Below, piece after piece: positions 1 to 9,160 of a stretch of 50,462 nucleotides of DNA (positions are counted from its first letter, which is position 1; each line of letters begins with the position of its first letter). Source of the stretch: a virus. Lineage: Duplodnaviria > Caudoviricetes. The stretch is from positions 1 through 50,462 of IMG/VR virus record IMGVR_UViG_3300035670_000309; one strand, given 5' to 3'. Under the pieces are notes generated by a model, which saw nothing but the letters and a program-made list of their open reading frames with translations, searched no databases and was not told the origin of the DNA. The translations under genes and the position numbers were made by a program.

Positions 1-127
1 AATCACGTCCCCAGAAGTCAAACGGGACTGGCTGAAGGCCGCCCGTAGCACCCGGAAGAACACTTCACGGCAGACAGAGCCGGTATCTACATAGTTGAGA
101 TATTTGAAGGAAACGTTCTCATTCCCC
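1..127. repeat. Terminal direct repeat, identical to 50336-50462; assembly overlap of a circular contig
   Basis: aatcacgtcccc...ttctcattcccc occurs at both ends. The tail sheath ORF reads in frame across the junction. Confidence 0.95.
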
Positions 128-1308
128 GCCGCGTCGGTCTTGTAGGTGGTGACAACCTGCCCCATCACCACATTCGTTTCTGATGGGGAGACACCATAGA
201 CCGTAAAGCCGGAGTCGATCAGGTCAAGCTGTTCGAGGTCCGCATAGCCATCCGTGATGTTGGAGAGCGGGGTGTCATCCAGAGGGGTGTTAAAATACGG
301 AAGCGAAGCGGTGTGACCGCCGCCAAAGGCATCCAGCGGGCCGGAGGTGGCAACGATGTAGTCAGCAATCGGCGCACCGGACGTCAGACGGCGGGCACGG
401 ATGCCCATAAATTCCGCAGCCACCCAATCAGCCGGACGCAGGCAGGCCGGGCCGGTCGCCACCTTGCCGGAACCCATCGCAACCAGAACCTGAGTATTCA
501 GCGCCGACGAATAAGAAAGAGCATTCGCATAGGTCAGAGACTTGCCGATGAAGGCCACGCCATCCTGAATGCTGTTCGCAGCGTTAAACCGCTCTTCCAG
601 CAGGTCAACAACCTCGTCTTTGGAAGCATCCCAGTATTCCGGCCACGAAATACCGGTGTAACGACGGGAGCCGATGGCGTCGAGAATGCCGGTAACGGTC
701 GGATCGGTCGCGCCGCCAGTGAACTGAGTGACGGCCACGGAGAGGCCAGCCACCGAACCCGAAACGCGGATGCCCCAGTAATTGCCGACCGTGCCAACGT
801 CGGCGGCGGTGATGGCGACCGTGCCGGTAGTGTTGACGGCGGTAAACACCTTATCCACCAGCGCATTGATAGCCGCCGCGACAAGGGCGCCCGCAGCGGT
901 CGCGGTTGCGCCGGAAGGAATGCTAACGGTCGCGGTGAAGATCTTGGAATCCACCAGCGAGATAGTCAGGCTACCGGCAGCGGTGGCGGTCCCGGTAATC
1001 GCAATCGAACCAGCAGCAGCGGTAGCGCCGCCAGCAGGGGAGACACCCAGCACATCAACCTTGCTGTAGCCACCGTTCGGGCCGAGGAACGCCAGCGCCC
1101 GCTGGTAAAGCTCGCCCTGCCCCAGCAGGGATTTCAGGGCGCTCTTGCTGTACTGCTTGATGTTGTCAAGAACCACGCCAGACGTGGCGGTGGCTGACGG
1201 CCCAAGCTGGCCCACCAGCAGATCGCGGCGCTCGTCAAGAGCCTGCACGATGTTGGCAGGCAGCAACTGAATAGTAACGCGAGGATTCGCGACGACAGAC
1301 CCGGCCAT
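1..1308 (-). CDS. Contractile tail sheath protein, N-terminal part (continues across the origin to 50072; about 523 aa in total)
   Basis: ATG at 1308 (MAGSVVANPRVTIQLL...). 1308+264 nt = 1572 nt in frame with ORF 50072-50398. Lies between a DUF2635-like gene and the tube gene, as in Mu. Confidence 0.85.
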   Translation of the reverse strand, partial: MAGSVVANPRVTIQLLPANIVQALDERRDLLVGQLGPSATATSGVVLDNIKQYSKSALKSLLGQGELYQRALAFLGPNGGYSKVDVLGVSPAGGATAAAGSIAITGTATAAGSLTISLVDSKIFTATVSIPSGATATAAGALVAAAINALVDKVFTAVNTTGTVAITAADVGTVGNYWGIRVSGSVAGLSVAVTQFTGGATDPTVTGILDAIGSRRYTGISWPEYWDASKDEVVDLLEERFNAANSIQDGVAFIGKSLTYANALSYSSALNTQVLVAMGSGKVATGPACLRPADWVAAEFMGIRARRLTSGAPIADYIVATSGPLDAFGGGHTASLPYFNTPLDDTPLSNITDGYADLEQLDLIDSGFTVYGVSPSETNVVMGQVVTTYKTDAAGNENVSFKYLNYVDTGSVCREVFFRVLRAAFSQSRLTSGDVI

Positions 1309-1313
1309 GTGGG

Positions 1314-1502
1314 TTAGCCCTCCTTAGCCTTGGTGGCCTCTTTGGCCGGTTGCACGATTTCAACGCAGCCATCAAGGGCCGCATCTTTCAGCCGACGACG
1401 CCAAAAAGCCTCGGTCGGAATACCGTTTTTGTCCTGAATTTCAGCCGTTGCGCCGGGTTCTACCCCACCAATCGGCACGTCCGCACAGTTTTTAATCAGC
1501 AT
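1314..1502 (-). CDS. DUF2635 / Mu gp38-like small tail protein
   Basis: 62 aa with an FWRRRLKD motif, immediately upstream of the sheath. Confidence 0.7.
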   Translation of the reverse strand: MLIKNCADVPIGGVEPGATAEIQDKNGIPTEAFWRRRLKDAALDGCVEIVQPAKEATKAKEG

Positions 1503-1555
1503 GATTTACCTCTTGCAAGATGGTGCGCCGATTATTGCACACAACGGCGGCGTTG

Positions 1556-2644
1556 TTAAGGCTCAGCATCCTGAGGGAGCTGGATGTCAAGCGAGAATCT
1601 CTCAGGCTCAAGCCCGAACGGAACCAGATCAAAATCAAGATTATGAGCGGCAACGTTTTCTTGCGGAATAAACCCTGAAGTCCAATCCTCATGGCGGCCT
1701 AGCTGGAACTCATAAATATGCGAATAAAACGACGAGTTATAGGAGCCGGAACCGTGCCCGACCATCGTAGCCTCAAAGCCGCCGCTGGCCTTGAACGCAC
1801 CGAAAAGTGAGGCCTGCATGGCATTATAAAGTGATCCGTAGGCCAGTTCCTGCGCCCGGTAGCCGGTTAGATCGTTCTGCGTCGGGATGAACACGACAAC
1901 CGAGAACGTATCAATCATCGTCAAACGCTTGGCGGTGCCTATCGCGGTCGCTGATTTCAGGTCGCTATCAGTGCGCCGGTCTTTGCTGGTTGACGTGTCC
2001 GTCATGATCACGAATGCGGCGGAAACGTTGGCCTTCTGGAACGTGCCATAAGCCGCTTCAGCCCGTCGGATGTCGGCAGCCCCGGCAATGCGCAGGCCCT
2101 TGCAGACCTTCAGGGCAATTACCGGATTTGCCGGATAGGCCAGCCCCCGCGTCTGATAGGTGAACGTCCCAGCGTCAATAACCGTAACCGGGAAGATCCC
2201 TTTCAGGCCTAGCGGCCTATCTTCGATCAGGTAGCCAGTGCCAGACGGAACGCCAGCTCCGGGCGGCTTGCTAACTTCAAATGTAGTAGACGATGGAACC
2301 GATACGATCTTGAACACGCCAGACCATGGCGCGGAAAACCCGGAAATGGTCAGGTTTTGTGCATCAAGGAACAGCCGTGGTGCCGTTAGATCGTGCGGTG
2401 CCTCAGTGGCGAACCTTACTGTGCCGTCTCCATTATCAACGTAACCCGTGATTTTGTTCCGAGCTACGCCAGCAACTACTGACACAAGAGCGCCACTCGT
2501 CAGACCGTGCGCCGGAGCGTTTACGGTGACTGTGTTCCCAGCTATGGACGCTGATGCAATCGTCAGAAGCTGCGAAAGCTCGTCCGTGTATCTCGGGAGA
2601 TACGTCTGAAGCTGTGCAATGATTGCAGACGGTGTAAGGCTCAT
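1556..2644 (-). CDS. Tail terminator/neck protein with inserted beta-rich repeats
   Basis: Position between the HK97 gp10-like gene and the sheath. Central TVTVNAPAHGLTSG and ATEAPHDLT...TFEVS repeats. Confidence 0.55.
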   Translation of the reverse strand: MSLTPSAIIAQLQTYLPRYTDELSQLLTIASASIAGNTVTVNAPAHGLTSGALVSVVAGVARNKITGYVDNGDGTVRFATEAPHDLTAPRLFLDAQNLTISGFSAPWSGVFKIVSVPSSTTFEVSKPPGAGVPSGTGYLIEDRPLGLKGIFPVTVIDAGTFTYQTRGLAYPANPVIALKVCKGLRIAGAADIRRAEAAYGTFQKANVSAAFVIMTDTSTSKDRRTDSDLKSATAIGTAKRLTMIDTFSVVVFIPTQNDLTGYRAQELAYGSLYNAMQASLFGAFKASGGFEATMVGHGSGSYNSSFYSHIYEFQLGRHEDWTSGFIPQENVAAHNLDFDLVPFGLEPERFSLDIQLPQDAEP

Positions 2645-3106
2645 TTACGGGGTTGCCTTCTTATTAATACGCCGCTTTGTACAGTCGTAAAGGATGTTTA
2701 CAGCGTCATTGGCCTTTTCGTTTGCAGTGACAAGAAGATGCGGCCTTGGCCTCATCCGTGATGTTCCGTCTTTATTTCGCGTACCAAATTCGAGATACTT
2801 ACCGTATTCGATAGTATCTCCGAATTCCATTTCCTCAGCCCCGTTAACTACGTAAGAAACAGACGCCGCGAGATCGCCACTTTGGTCCGCTGGAGCCTGA
2901 AATTCAGCGGACGACCTGTTCGGCAATCGCTTGTAATGGATTCCTGTTTTCTCTCCGGTCTTAATAATATATCTAGTGTAATCAACGCATAGCTTGCCGA
3001 GCGTATGCAGGGCCTCTTCAATTGCTCCTTCATGGGCCTCGCGTCTCTCGCCCACGTCAAGCATGACCTTTTGCTCATCTTTATTGACAAGGACACGAAT
3101 AGTCAT
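2645..3106 (-). CDS. HK97 gp10-family neck/tail completion protein
   Basis: PADQSGDL..S and EYGKYLEFGT...MRPRPHL motifs. Confidence 0.8.
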   Translation of the reverse strand: MTIRVLVNKDEQKVMLDVGERREAHEGAIEEALHTLGKLCVDYTRYIIKTGEKTGIHYKRLPNRSSAEFQAPADQSGDLAASVSYVVNGAEEMEFGDTIEYGKYLEFGTRNKDGTSRMRPRPHLLVTANEKANDAVNILYDCTKRRINKKATP

Positions 3107-3519
3107 GCCTGCGTTGCCTCAAAGTCGTCGGGTCCGCGCTCGGTCGTTTGCAACAGAGTAACGCCTCCCACCGCCTCGTTGATATAGTCGGACCGCAGTA
3201 GCCGGAAATAACGGCCATCGAGCGAGACCCAAGTTTCAGACGCATTGATGGGTTCAAGATCTGGATCGCGCCTGATGTAAAACAGATGTGTCGCCCCATC
3301 CTCAATGTTGATTCCCATCACGCGGGCAACGCCCTGACCAACGCCAGCGACGGTCTGCACCGCTGCCCAACGTTCAGAGATCGGGACGAAATTATAGACA
3401 GGCTCCCCTCCGCCAATAGGCGTATAGGTGTTATCGCGCCGCAAAAGGCTAATGCGCCGGTCCATCGTTCCGGCGCAAATCTTGGGGCGAGGGACGTTGA
3501 TCGTTTTGCAAGTGGTCAT
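3103..3519 (-). CDS. Head-tail adaptor / head closure protein
   Basis: AGTMDRRISL, RWAAV and ATHLFYIR motifs. Start at 3519 overlaps the upstream stop (ATGA). Confidence 0.75.
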   Translation of the reverse strand: MTTCKTINVPRPKICAGTMDRRISLLRRDNTYTPIGGGEPVYNFVPISERWAAVQTVAGVGQGVARVMGINIEDGATHLFYIRRDPDLEPINASETWVSLDGRYFRLLRSDYINEAVGGVTLLQTTERGPDDFEATQA

Positions 3520-4100
3520 GCAAAAGCCCTCATGATTCTTTCGCCTCCCAGCCAAGGCTTCAGGTCAAGCCCGCGTTCGTCCGCGCAATCGCCGCGATTG
3601 CCGTACATATTCAGGACCAGAGCCTTGATAGCGGTGCGGTAAACCTGCGGTACGTTCGCAACGCCAAAGCCTGCGGTAAACTCAACCTGAATTTCCCAGT
3701 CGGTGCGGCTGATCCAATCCACGTATTGAGACGACGAAAACAGCACACGGGCATAGCCGGGCCGCCGCTTGACCGTGGTATTTGTCACAGGCTGAAGCGC
3801 CGATCCGGTCCAGACGTTCACAGACTGCACAGACCGGAAAGGGCTGCGCTGAAGCTCAACGAAAGGCCAGTTTTCGCCGGTAATCCCGAGGCTGTCAAAA
3901 TGTCCCCTCGCCGTGATCGTGCGCAGGGTCCGGCCCGTGTAGTCCTCGACATGGCTCTCAGCGGTCGCCAGCAGATCGGCAATCAGCGCATCATCTGCGT
4001 TCGTGTCAATCCGTGCGTAGAGCTTGAAATCGGCAACACTCACAATGTCGCCAGCTTCAACCGTGAGGGTTTCATACCAAGAGGCCGGAACGTTTGCCAT
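3516..4100 (-). CDS. Head-tail connector (gp6-like)
   Basis: VSVADFKLYARID..DDALIADLL..AESHVEDYTGR and FTAGFG..VP...AI motifs. Confidence 0.85.
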   Translation of the reverse strand: MANVPASWYETLTVEAGDIVSVADFKLYARIDTNADDALIADLLATAESHVEDYTGRTLRTITARGHFDSLGITGENWPFVELQRSPFRSVQSVNVWTGSALQPVTNTTVKRRPGYARVLFSSSQYVDWISRTDWEIQVEFTAGFGVANVPQVYRTAIKALVLNMYGNRGDCADERGLDLKPWLGGERIMRAFA

Positions 4101-4400
4101 TTAGAAAGCCGCCTTGAAGTCTGCGAACATCTTTTCAACGCTCTTGCGCTTGTCCAGCTTTACGCCGAAGCCAGAGGCGTAGGAGTCCAGATCGTCCTTG
4201 CCAAGCTCAGACGCAAATTCGAAGTCTGGCGCATCCTCATGCCGTTCATTAGCCTCTGAAGCGACAGATTCAGCATCGCCAATCCATCCGCAGGCCTCAA
4301 GCTGGCTCAATTCAGCATCGGAAAGGCCGTCAATGCCCCGGATATCGACAATCCGCAGCCCGTTGAACGCGAAAAGACCATTTTTCAACAGCTTTTTCAT
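4101..4400 (-). CDS. Hypothetical protein in the head operon
   Basis: 99-aa ORF abutting the connector gene. Confidence 0.6.
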   Translation of the reverse strand: MKKLLKNGLFAFNGLRIVDIRGIDGLSDAELSQLEACGWIGDAESVASEANERHEDAPDFEFASELGKDDLDSYASGFGVKLDKRKSVEKMFADFKAAF

Positions 4401-4420
4401 ATCTTTTCCCCATAGAAAGA

Positions 4421-4439
4421 CGGGGGCCGAAGCCCCCGC
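4421..4439 (-). terminator. Rho-independent terminator-like hairpin after the Tad2-like gene
   Basis: On the minus strand: GCGGGGGC-TTCG-GCCCCCG followed by TCTTTCT. Confidence 0.65.
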
Positions 4440-4444
4440 CCGGA

Positions 4445-4975
4445 TCAGGAAACGATCTTCCAGTCTTCGGCCAGCATATCGGTCTGAGAGGCCAGCCAGC
4501 CCACAACCATAGAGCCGTCGGCCGCCTTCATGTCGATGTGACCGCTGATGATAAATGCGTCATCTGCCCCCATGCCCATTTCGTCAGCCATGGACTTGTA
4601 CGGGGTGTTGGGGCGCAAAACTCCAGCTTTCAAATTCGACCCCGGAACAAGAAAAATGAACATCCCCTTTCCGTTCCATCCTTCGCGGGCAACGCGGAAT
4701 CCCTTTTTGATAGCTTCTAGCGCAAGCCCGAAGGTCATCCCGGTCACAGGCCGATAGGCGGCTTCAAACTGTTCGGCAGGTGACCAAGAGATATAGCCAT
4801 CGAACCCCGGATGATTGGGCTTTCCTCCATCAAGATATTCGACGAGATATCCCGCGTCCGCACCGTCTTCGTCAGCCGGAAGGGACCATCCACGCAGGTC
4901 GTTATAGGCCTGCCGGGTAATCGGATAAGCCTTCACCTGCTTGGTTCCAATGTACGTTTTCGAGCCGTCAATCAT
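4445..4975 (-). CDS. DUF2829 / Tad2-family cyclic-nucleotide sponge with an extra N-terminal domain
   Basis: The C-terminal half MTFGLALEAIKKG.RVAREGWNGKGMF...WLASQTDMLAEDW matches the Tad2 pattern. N-terminal YIGTK...GYLVEY.DG...YISWSP.EQFE.AY domain. Confidence 0.8.
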   Translation of the reverse strand: MIDGSKTYIGTKQVKAYPITRQAYNDLRGWSLPADEDGADAGYLVEYLDGGKPNHPGFDGYISWSPAEQFEAAYRPVTGMTFGLALEAIKKGFRVAREGWNGKGMFIFLVPGSNLKAGVLRPNTPYKSMADEMGMGADDAFIISGHIDMKAADGSMVVGWLASQTDMLAEDWKIVS

Positions 4976-4999
4976 AGGTCATACCCTTTGGATTAGGGG

Positions 5000-5018
5000 C
5001 GGGGGCCGAAACCCCCGC
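5000..5018 (-). terminator. GC hairpin after the capsid-adjacent gene; near-copy of 4421-4439
   Basis: cgggggccgaaacccccgc versus cgggggccgaagcccccgc. Confidence 0.5.
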
Positions 5019-5028
5019 AGTTAGCACA

Positions 5029-5454
5029 TTACTGCGGCAGGCACTCGGAAGAACGCGCACACAGAACTGAAATGGTAGCGCCGGAAGTCACGCCGGTAGA
5101 AACGACAGACGCACGAATGTAACGCTTGTCGCCGCAAATCACGCCCACCTTCAGGAACTCGCCGCCTGATGCGGTGGCGGCAGTAATGCCGGTAGTCACC
5201 GGGTTAGCGCCGGTAGTGACCAGCAGGTTAGCAGCCGGAACAGCCACCGCATCGGACAGGGCCGAGTTATCGCCCCACTCCAAAAGCAGCTTATAGGTCC
5301 CGTCGGTACGCGCCGGGCACCCCATGAAATAGGTGATGCCCATTTCAAACTGCGCGGTGTCGAGGATCGCGCCCGCAGTGGTGGTGTTGGTGGTGATGGC
5401 ACCCGAAGACGACAAGGCCAGGCCGAGAAGGTCAACAGTCGAAACAATAGCCAT
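5029..5454 (-). CDS. Probable capsid decoration/cement protein
   Basis: 141 aa, T/A/G-rich beta protein directly after the major capsid gene, with a KRYIRASV motif near the C-terminus. Confidence 0.55.
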   Translation of the reverse strand: MAIVSTVDLLGLALSSSGAITTNTTTAGAILDTAQFEMGITYFMGCPARTDGTYKLLLEWGDNSALSDAVAVPAANLLVTTGANPVTTGITAATASGGEFLKVGVICGDKRYIRASVVSTGVTSGATISVLCARSSECLPQ

Positions 5455-5466
5455 TGTCTGCGCTCC

Positions 5467-6756
5467 TTACGCCTTGATCTTCAGGATTTTGCCAGCCGCA
5501 TAGTCCATCACCGCGCCGCCGGTGCGCTTTGTGGTGTAGAACTTAATGTACGGCTTAGAGGTGTACATGTCGCGAATCACGCGAATGTCGAACCGATCCA
5601 CGACGGTGTAGAACCGCTGGAAGTCGGCAACGACCATCGCCAGAGCGTTGGCAGCCACGGACGGGATGTCGGACATGAACACGACGCGGGAGCCCAGCAG
5701 GATCTTCTCGCCGCCTTCAGACAGGACGCGCGGGTTCAGCAGGTATTCGCCGTTCGTCGCCTTCAACTGCATCACCTTGGTGAAGGTCGAACGCTGCATA
5801 CCGAACGTGCTGTTGTATTGGTAGTCTTCCAGCAGGGTATTGTGCAGCGCAATCACGTCATCAGCGGTGAAATCGCCGGAGGTGGAAGAGGTGACCTGCT
5901 CCACAGCATCGCGCTGATAGACGCCCGGCGAAGACCACGCCGCATAGGACAGGAAGCCGCGCGGCTTGGCCGAACCGTCACCGACGACAAACGAGGTGTT
6001 TTCGGTGCGGCCAATCTTTTCAGCCACGCGACGAACCAGCCAGCCCTCAATATCGAAACCGGCATCATCGATCAGGCGCTGAGTAACCTGCGGCTGCGCG
6101 TAGATTTCATGAACCGGGATCTTGGTCAGGCCGATGTTCGGAGTGTCGGTGGTCGGGCGTGCCGAAATTTCACCAACCCAGCCACATTCTGCCTGCTGGT
6201 CATCAAGGACCATCTCGAAAACATCGCTGGTGGTGGTCTGCACATCGGCAACCAGACGGACCGGCGAGGTTTCGAAAATGCGGGTGATCATGCGGTTCGA
6301 ACGGTCAGCAGTGACCAGATAGCCCCCGTTCGGATTGGAGCCTTCCAGAAGATCCTTCTTCTGCATTTCCAGACGGGTCGGATCAGCGCCGAAGGTGTTT
6401 TTCTGCAAGAAAGCATCGATCTGGGAGCGCACAACCTCTTCCGGCATCGCGTCGCCCTTGCGCAGGTAGCGGGCGAAGTGCTGAGAAGCGTCGCGGTCAA
6501 AGCCTTTACCGGCCACGCCAGAACGCGCAAATTCCGCTTCCAGATCTTCCATGCGCTTCTGCATGGCGTCAACGGCTGCGGCCTTCTGCTTGATTTCCTG
6601 AGTGGCGGCCAGAGCGTCGGTCGCATCCTTGGCGGCCTTGTCGATCATGTCCTTATCGATGACGTCCAGCTTAGACTTCATCTCGGTAATGCGGCCCTGA
6701 ACGGCCTCGATACCCTTAACAGCAGTCTCAAGCTGCTGCGAAATGTTGTCGGTCAT
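5467..6756 (-). CDS. Major capsid protein, HK97 family
   Basis: Coiled-coil delta domain, GGYLV, WVGE..ARPTT, GDGSAKPRGFL and FYTTKRTGG motifs. Confidence 0.95.
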   Translation of the reverse strand: MTDNISQQLETAVKGIEAVQGRITEMKSKLDVIDKDMIDKAAKDATDALAATQEIKQKAAAVDAMQKRMEDLEAEFARSGVAGKGFDRDASQHFARYLRKGDAMPEEVVRSQIDAFLQKNTFGADPTRLEMQKKDLLEGSNPNGGYLVTADRSNRMITRIFETSPVRLVADVQTTTSDVFEMVLDDQQAECGWVGEISARPTTDTPNIGLTKIPVHEIYAQPQVTQRLIDDAGFDIEGWLVRRVAEKIGRTENTSFVVGDGSAKPRGFLSYAAWSSPGVYQRDAVEQVTSSTSGDFTADDVIALHNTLLEDYQYNSTFGMQRSTFTKVMQLKATNGEYLLNPRVLSEGGEKILLGSRVVFMSDIPSVAANALAMVVADFQRFYTVVDRFDIRVIRDMYTSKPYIKFYTTKRTGGAVMDYAAGKILKIKA

Positions 6757-6763
6757 GTGTTCC

Positions 6764-8242
6764 TCACATCATGGATTTAAGAGTTGTGTTAAGGCGCTGT
6801 AACGCCTCGGAGATTTCAGCTTCCCGCTGATCACTCCCCCCAACATCCCGTTGCGAGGATTTGAGCGCCGCCACTATTGCTTTCGCAGCGGACGCGGTAA
6901 AAGAGGCACCGTCCCGAAGCGCGGCCTCAAGCTGGCGTTCGGTCAGGACAGAAATTTCATCCACTCGAAACGACTTACCAAACGGGCTTTCGCGGTCCAT
7001 CTTGCGGTAATACCGTTCGATATTTGCGATGACCCCGGCCCGGTCAGAGTCTGGGATATCTACGCCACCCCGTGCGCCACGCATGGCGGCAGCGGCGGCA
7101 AAGACGGCACGGGGGACGGCCTTCAATTCGCCGTCGATCACGTCCGCGATGCCCAATTTGTAGGCACCGAAATTCTCGTCATTCTCGGAATCGTACCAGA
7201 GGAAGGCGTTGCGGTATTCGTCGCTCGGCTCCTCTTGGGAGTCAGACCATTCGCGCACACGGCGCTCGGCGGCTACACCGTCCCACGGGCGACTCTCATC
7301 GGCAAGCGGAAGATCCTGATACGGGACCACGGTCTTCATGCCAGTGATCTTTGCTGCGGTATTCATCGGGATCGTTACCAGCGAAATTTCATAGAGGGTC
7401 ACCGCTTTCAGCTTGCGCACCCCGTTTTCAAATTCGCTGTCATCGGGAACGTAACCGATGGACATTTCTGAAATAGACCCAACGCGCATTTGCGGAATAA
7501 CGCGCTTGGTAACGAAATCGTCAGCTTTCGGGAGGATCCCCTTGACGTAAAGGCCAATCGAATCCTCGCGCATTTCAACGAAAGATCCCACCGGCTCATG
7601 ATGCTTATGCTGCCAGAGGATCGGCAGTAGCTTCCGGTAATCGGTGCCCATGATCGGGGTTGCGTTCTGCGCAAGATTAAGCAAGGTGGCCTGATACGCG
7701 CCCTGTTCCACCACGTCGCCACCACGGTCCACGTTTCCGAAAGTGCTGGCATACCCTTCGAACACCCAGAATTCACGCTCCTCGGTCAGCGCCTTCAGTT
7801 CGAAAGAAAACGTGGTGAAATTCTTACGCATTCCGGCACCCTCTGAGCCACTTACCGAGATATTACCATCATCTTCTGTAATATCAATTGATTTTGCCTC
7901 GTCTATCTTGTCAAGCTCTTTTGTTTTTCTTTCGGCCCACGCTTTTCCGGGATCGCCACCCCAGAGAAGCCACGCTATCAGGCCGTTAGACGGATAGCCC
8001 GGCTCTCCTTCGCGGAAGCCATCTGCCTGCTTATCCACTTCATGCCGCGCAAAGAAAGAGCGCATCCTGCGCACGGTCGAGGCTGAAAGCTCCTGCCGAT
8101 TGACAAGCTGACGAGCGCGGGCAATCCCTACATCAGTCCCGCCACGCCCATGTTCGCGACGAAACTCAAGTCCGCGCTCTGCCGCCTTCTGCATTTCAGC
8201 GGTCGGCTTCAGGTCAATCTCTTGTCCGCGATAGGCAGCCAT
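6764..8242 (-). CDS. HK97-family prohead protease with extra N- and C-terminal domains
   Basis: FEGYASTFGNVDRGGDVV..GA, ILWQH, MSIGY and LYEISLVTIPMN motifs. Confidence 0.9.
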   Translation of the reverse strand: MAAYRGQEIDLKPTAEMQKAAERGLEFRREHGRGGTDVGIARARQLVNRQELSASTVRRMRSFFARHEVDKQADGFREGEPGYPSNGLIAWLLWGGDPGKAWAERKTKELDKIDEAKSIDITEDDGNISVSGSEGAGMRKNFTTFSFELKALTEEREFWVFEGYASTFGNVDRGGDVVEQGAYQATLLNLAQNATPIMGTDYRKLLPILWQHKHHEPVGSFVEMREDSIGLYVKGILPKADDFVTKRVIPQMRVGSISEMSIGYVPDDSEFENGVRKLKAVTLYEISLVTIPMNTAAKITGMKTVVPYQDLPLADESRPWDGVAAERRVREWSDSQEEPSDEYRNAFLWYDSENDENFGAYKLGIADVIDGELKAVPRAVFAAAAAMRGARGGVDIPDSDRAGVIANIERYYRKMDRESPFGKSFRVDEISVLTERQLEAALRDGASFTASAAKAIVAALKSSQRDVGGSDQREAEISEALQRLNTTLKSMM

Positions 8243-8296
8243 ATCACTTGCCCCGGATCAGTTTGCACAGAATGCAACGGCGGATGATTTTTCGGA

Positions 8297-9160
8297 TCAT
8301 GGAGACACCTCATAGACGGAAAGGCAGCGGCAGTTACAGATGATTGATGCCGGAGCGCCAAATAACCCATCGGCGGGGAATCGCAGACGGTACCCACCCA
8401 CGCTAAACTTTTCCTCATTCAGCACTTTTTGACGATTGGCCGCGACGTGCGACGGTCTAACGCGACGGTCCCCTTGCGTCACCCATGTTTTCGTCGTCTG
8501 ACGTTCAGGACCAACAGCACGATAAACGGGCGGAGCGCCTTCCAGTCTAGTGCGTCTACTGCTAAGGGCAGACGGAACCTTGCCGCTCATAGCTTCCGAG
8601 ACGATGTATTTTGTGGATTCCGCACCGACCTGCGTTTCAGTGGTCGAAATAGTCGGAACGCGGGCCATCATCTTTCGCAAAAGGTAGGTCGCAGCAAGGG
8701 CGGCAATCGATGCAAGGTCTTGGTCCTCGCTATCAATCCGCGCTTGCGCCAAAGCCTCGCGCATTTCCCGGTCTGTCGTGGCTGTGATGATATCAGCGTC
8801 TTCCTGCGACTTGTCCAGCGCCCACGCGCCTAACGCCTCATCGATCAGGTCGTTAAGCTCCCGCTCTTCGTCGGCGGTCAGATCGGCCTTTGTCGCCCAA
8901 CCCTGAAAAGACTTGGCCCCGGACGCAAGCGCGACGTCCTGCCGGAAAGCTTTCTGGCACCTGCGGAATTGCACCCTAAGCGCGGCTTCCCAGTCATCGC
9001 GGTAACTTTCGGCCCCCGGCGACGAACCAGACCGGGCCACAGCGCGCCGGTATTCGTCCGCCTGCGCTCGAAAAAGCTTGCGAATCTCAGGCGAAAAGAC
9101 GCGCTCTAGGCGCAGCTTCTTGCGCAGGTCATCCGCAGCGATTTGCGCAATGGTTGGCAT
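8297..9160 (-). CDS. Minor head protein (Mu gpF / SPP1 gp7-like)
   Basis: KTWVTQGDRRVRPSH...FPAD...CNCRC. Confidence 0.85.
   Translation of the reverse strand: MPTIAQIAADDLRKKLRLERVFSPEIRKLFRAQADEYRRAVARSGSSPGAESYRDDWEAALRVQFRRCQKAFRQDVALASGAKSFQGWATKADLTADEERELNDLIDEALGAWALDKSQEDADIITATTDREMREALAQARIDSEDQDLASIAALAATYLLRKMMARVPTISTTETQVGAESTKYIVSEAMSGKVPSALSSRRTRLEGAPPVYRAVGPERQTTKTWVTQGDRRVRPSHVAANRQKVLNEEKFSVGGYRLRFPADGLFGAPASIICNCRCLSVYEVSP

Noticed and set aside
1-127. Biological terminal repeat or att site
   Set aside because: It falls in the middle of the sheath gene, and 127 bp equals a common assembler k-mer, so it is best explained as circular overlap.
313-1197. 294-aa plus-strand ORF, and similar long antisense ORFs such as 5818-6780, 29541-30761 and 30883-31812
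   Set aside because: These are shadows of real genes on the opposite strand in GC-rich DNA, with no recognisable motifs.
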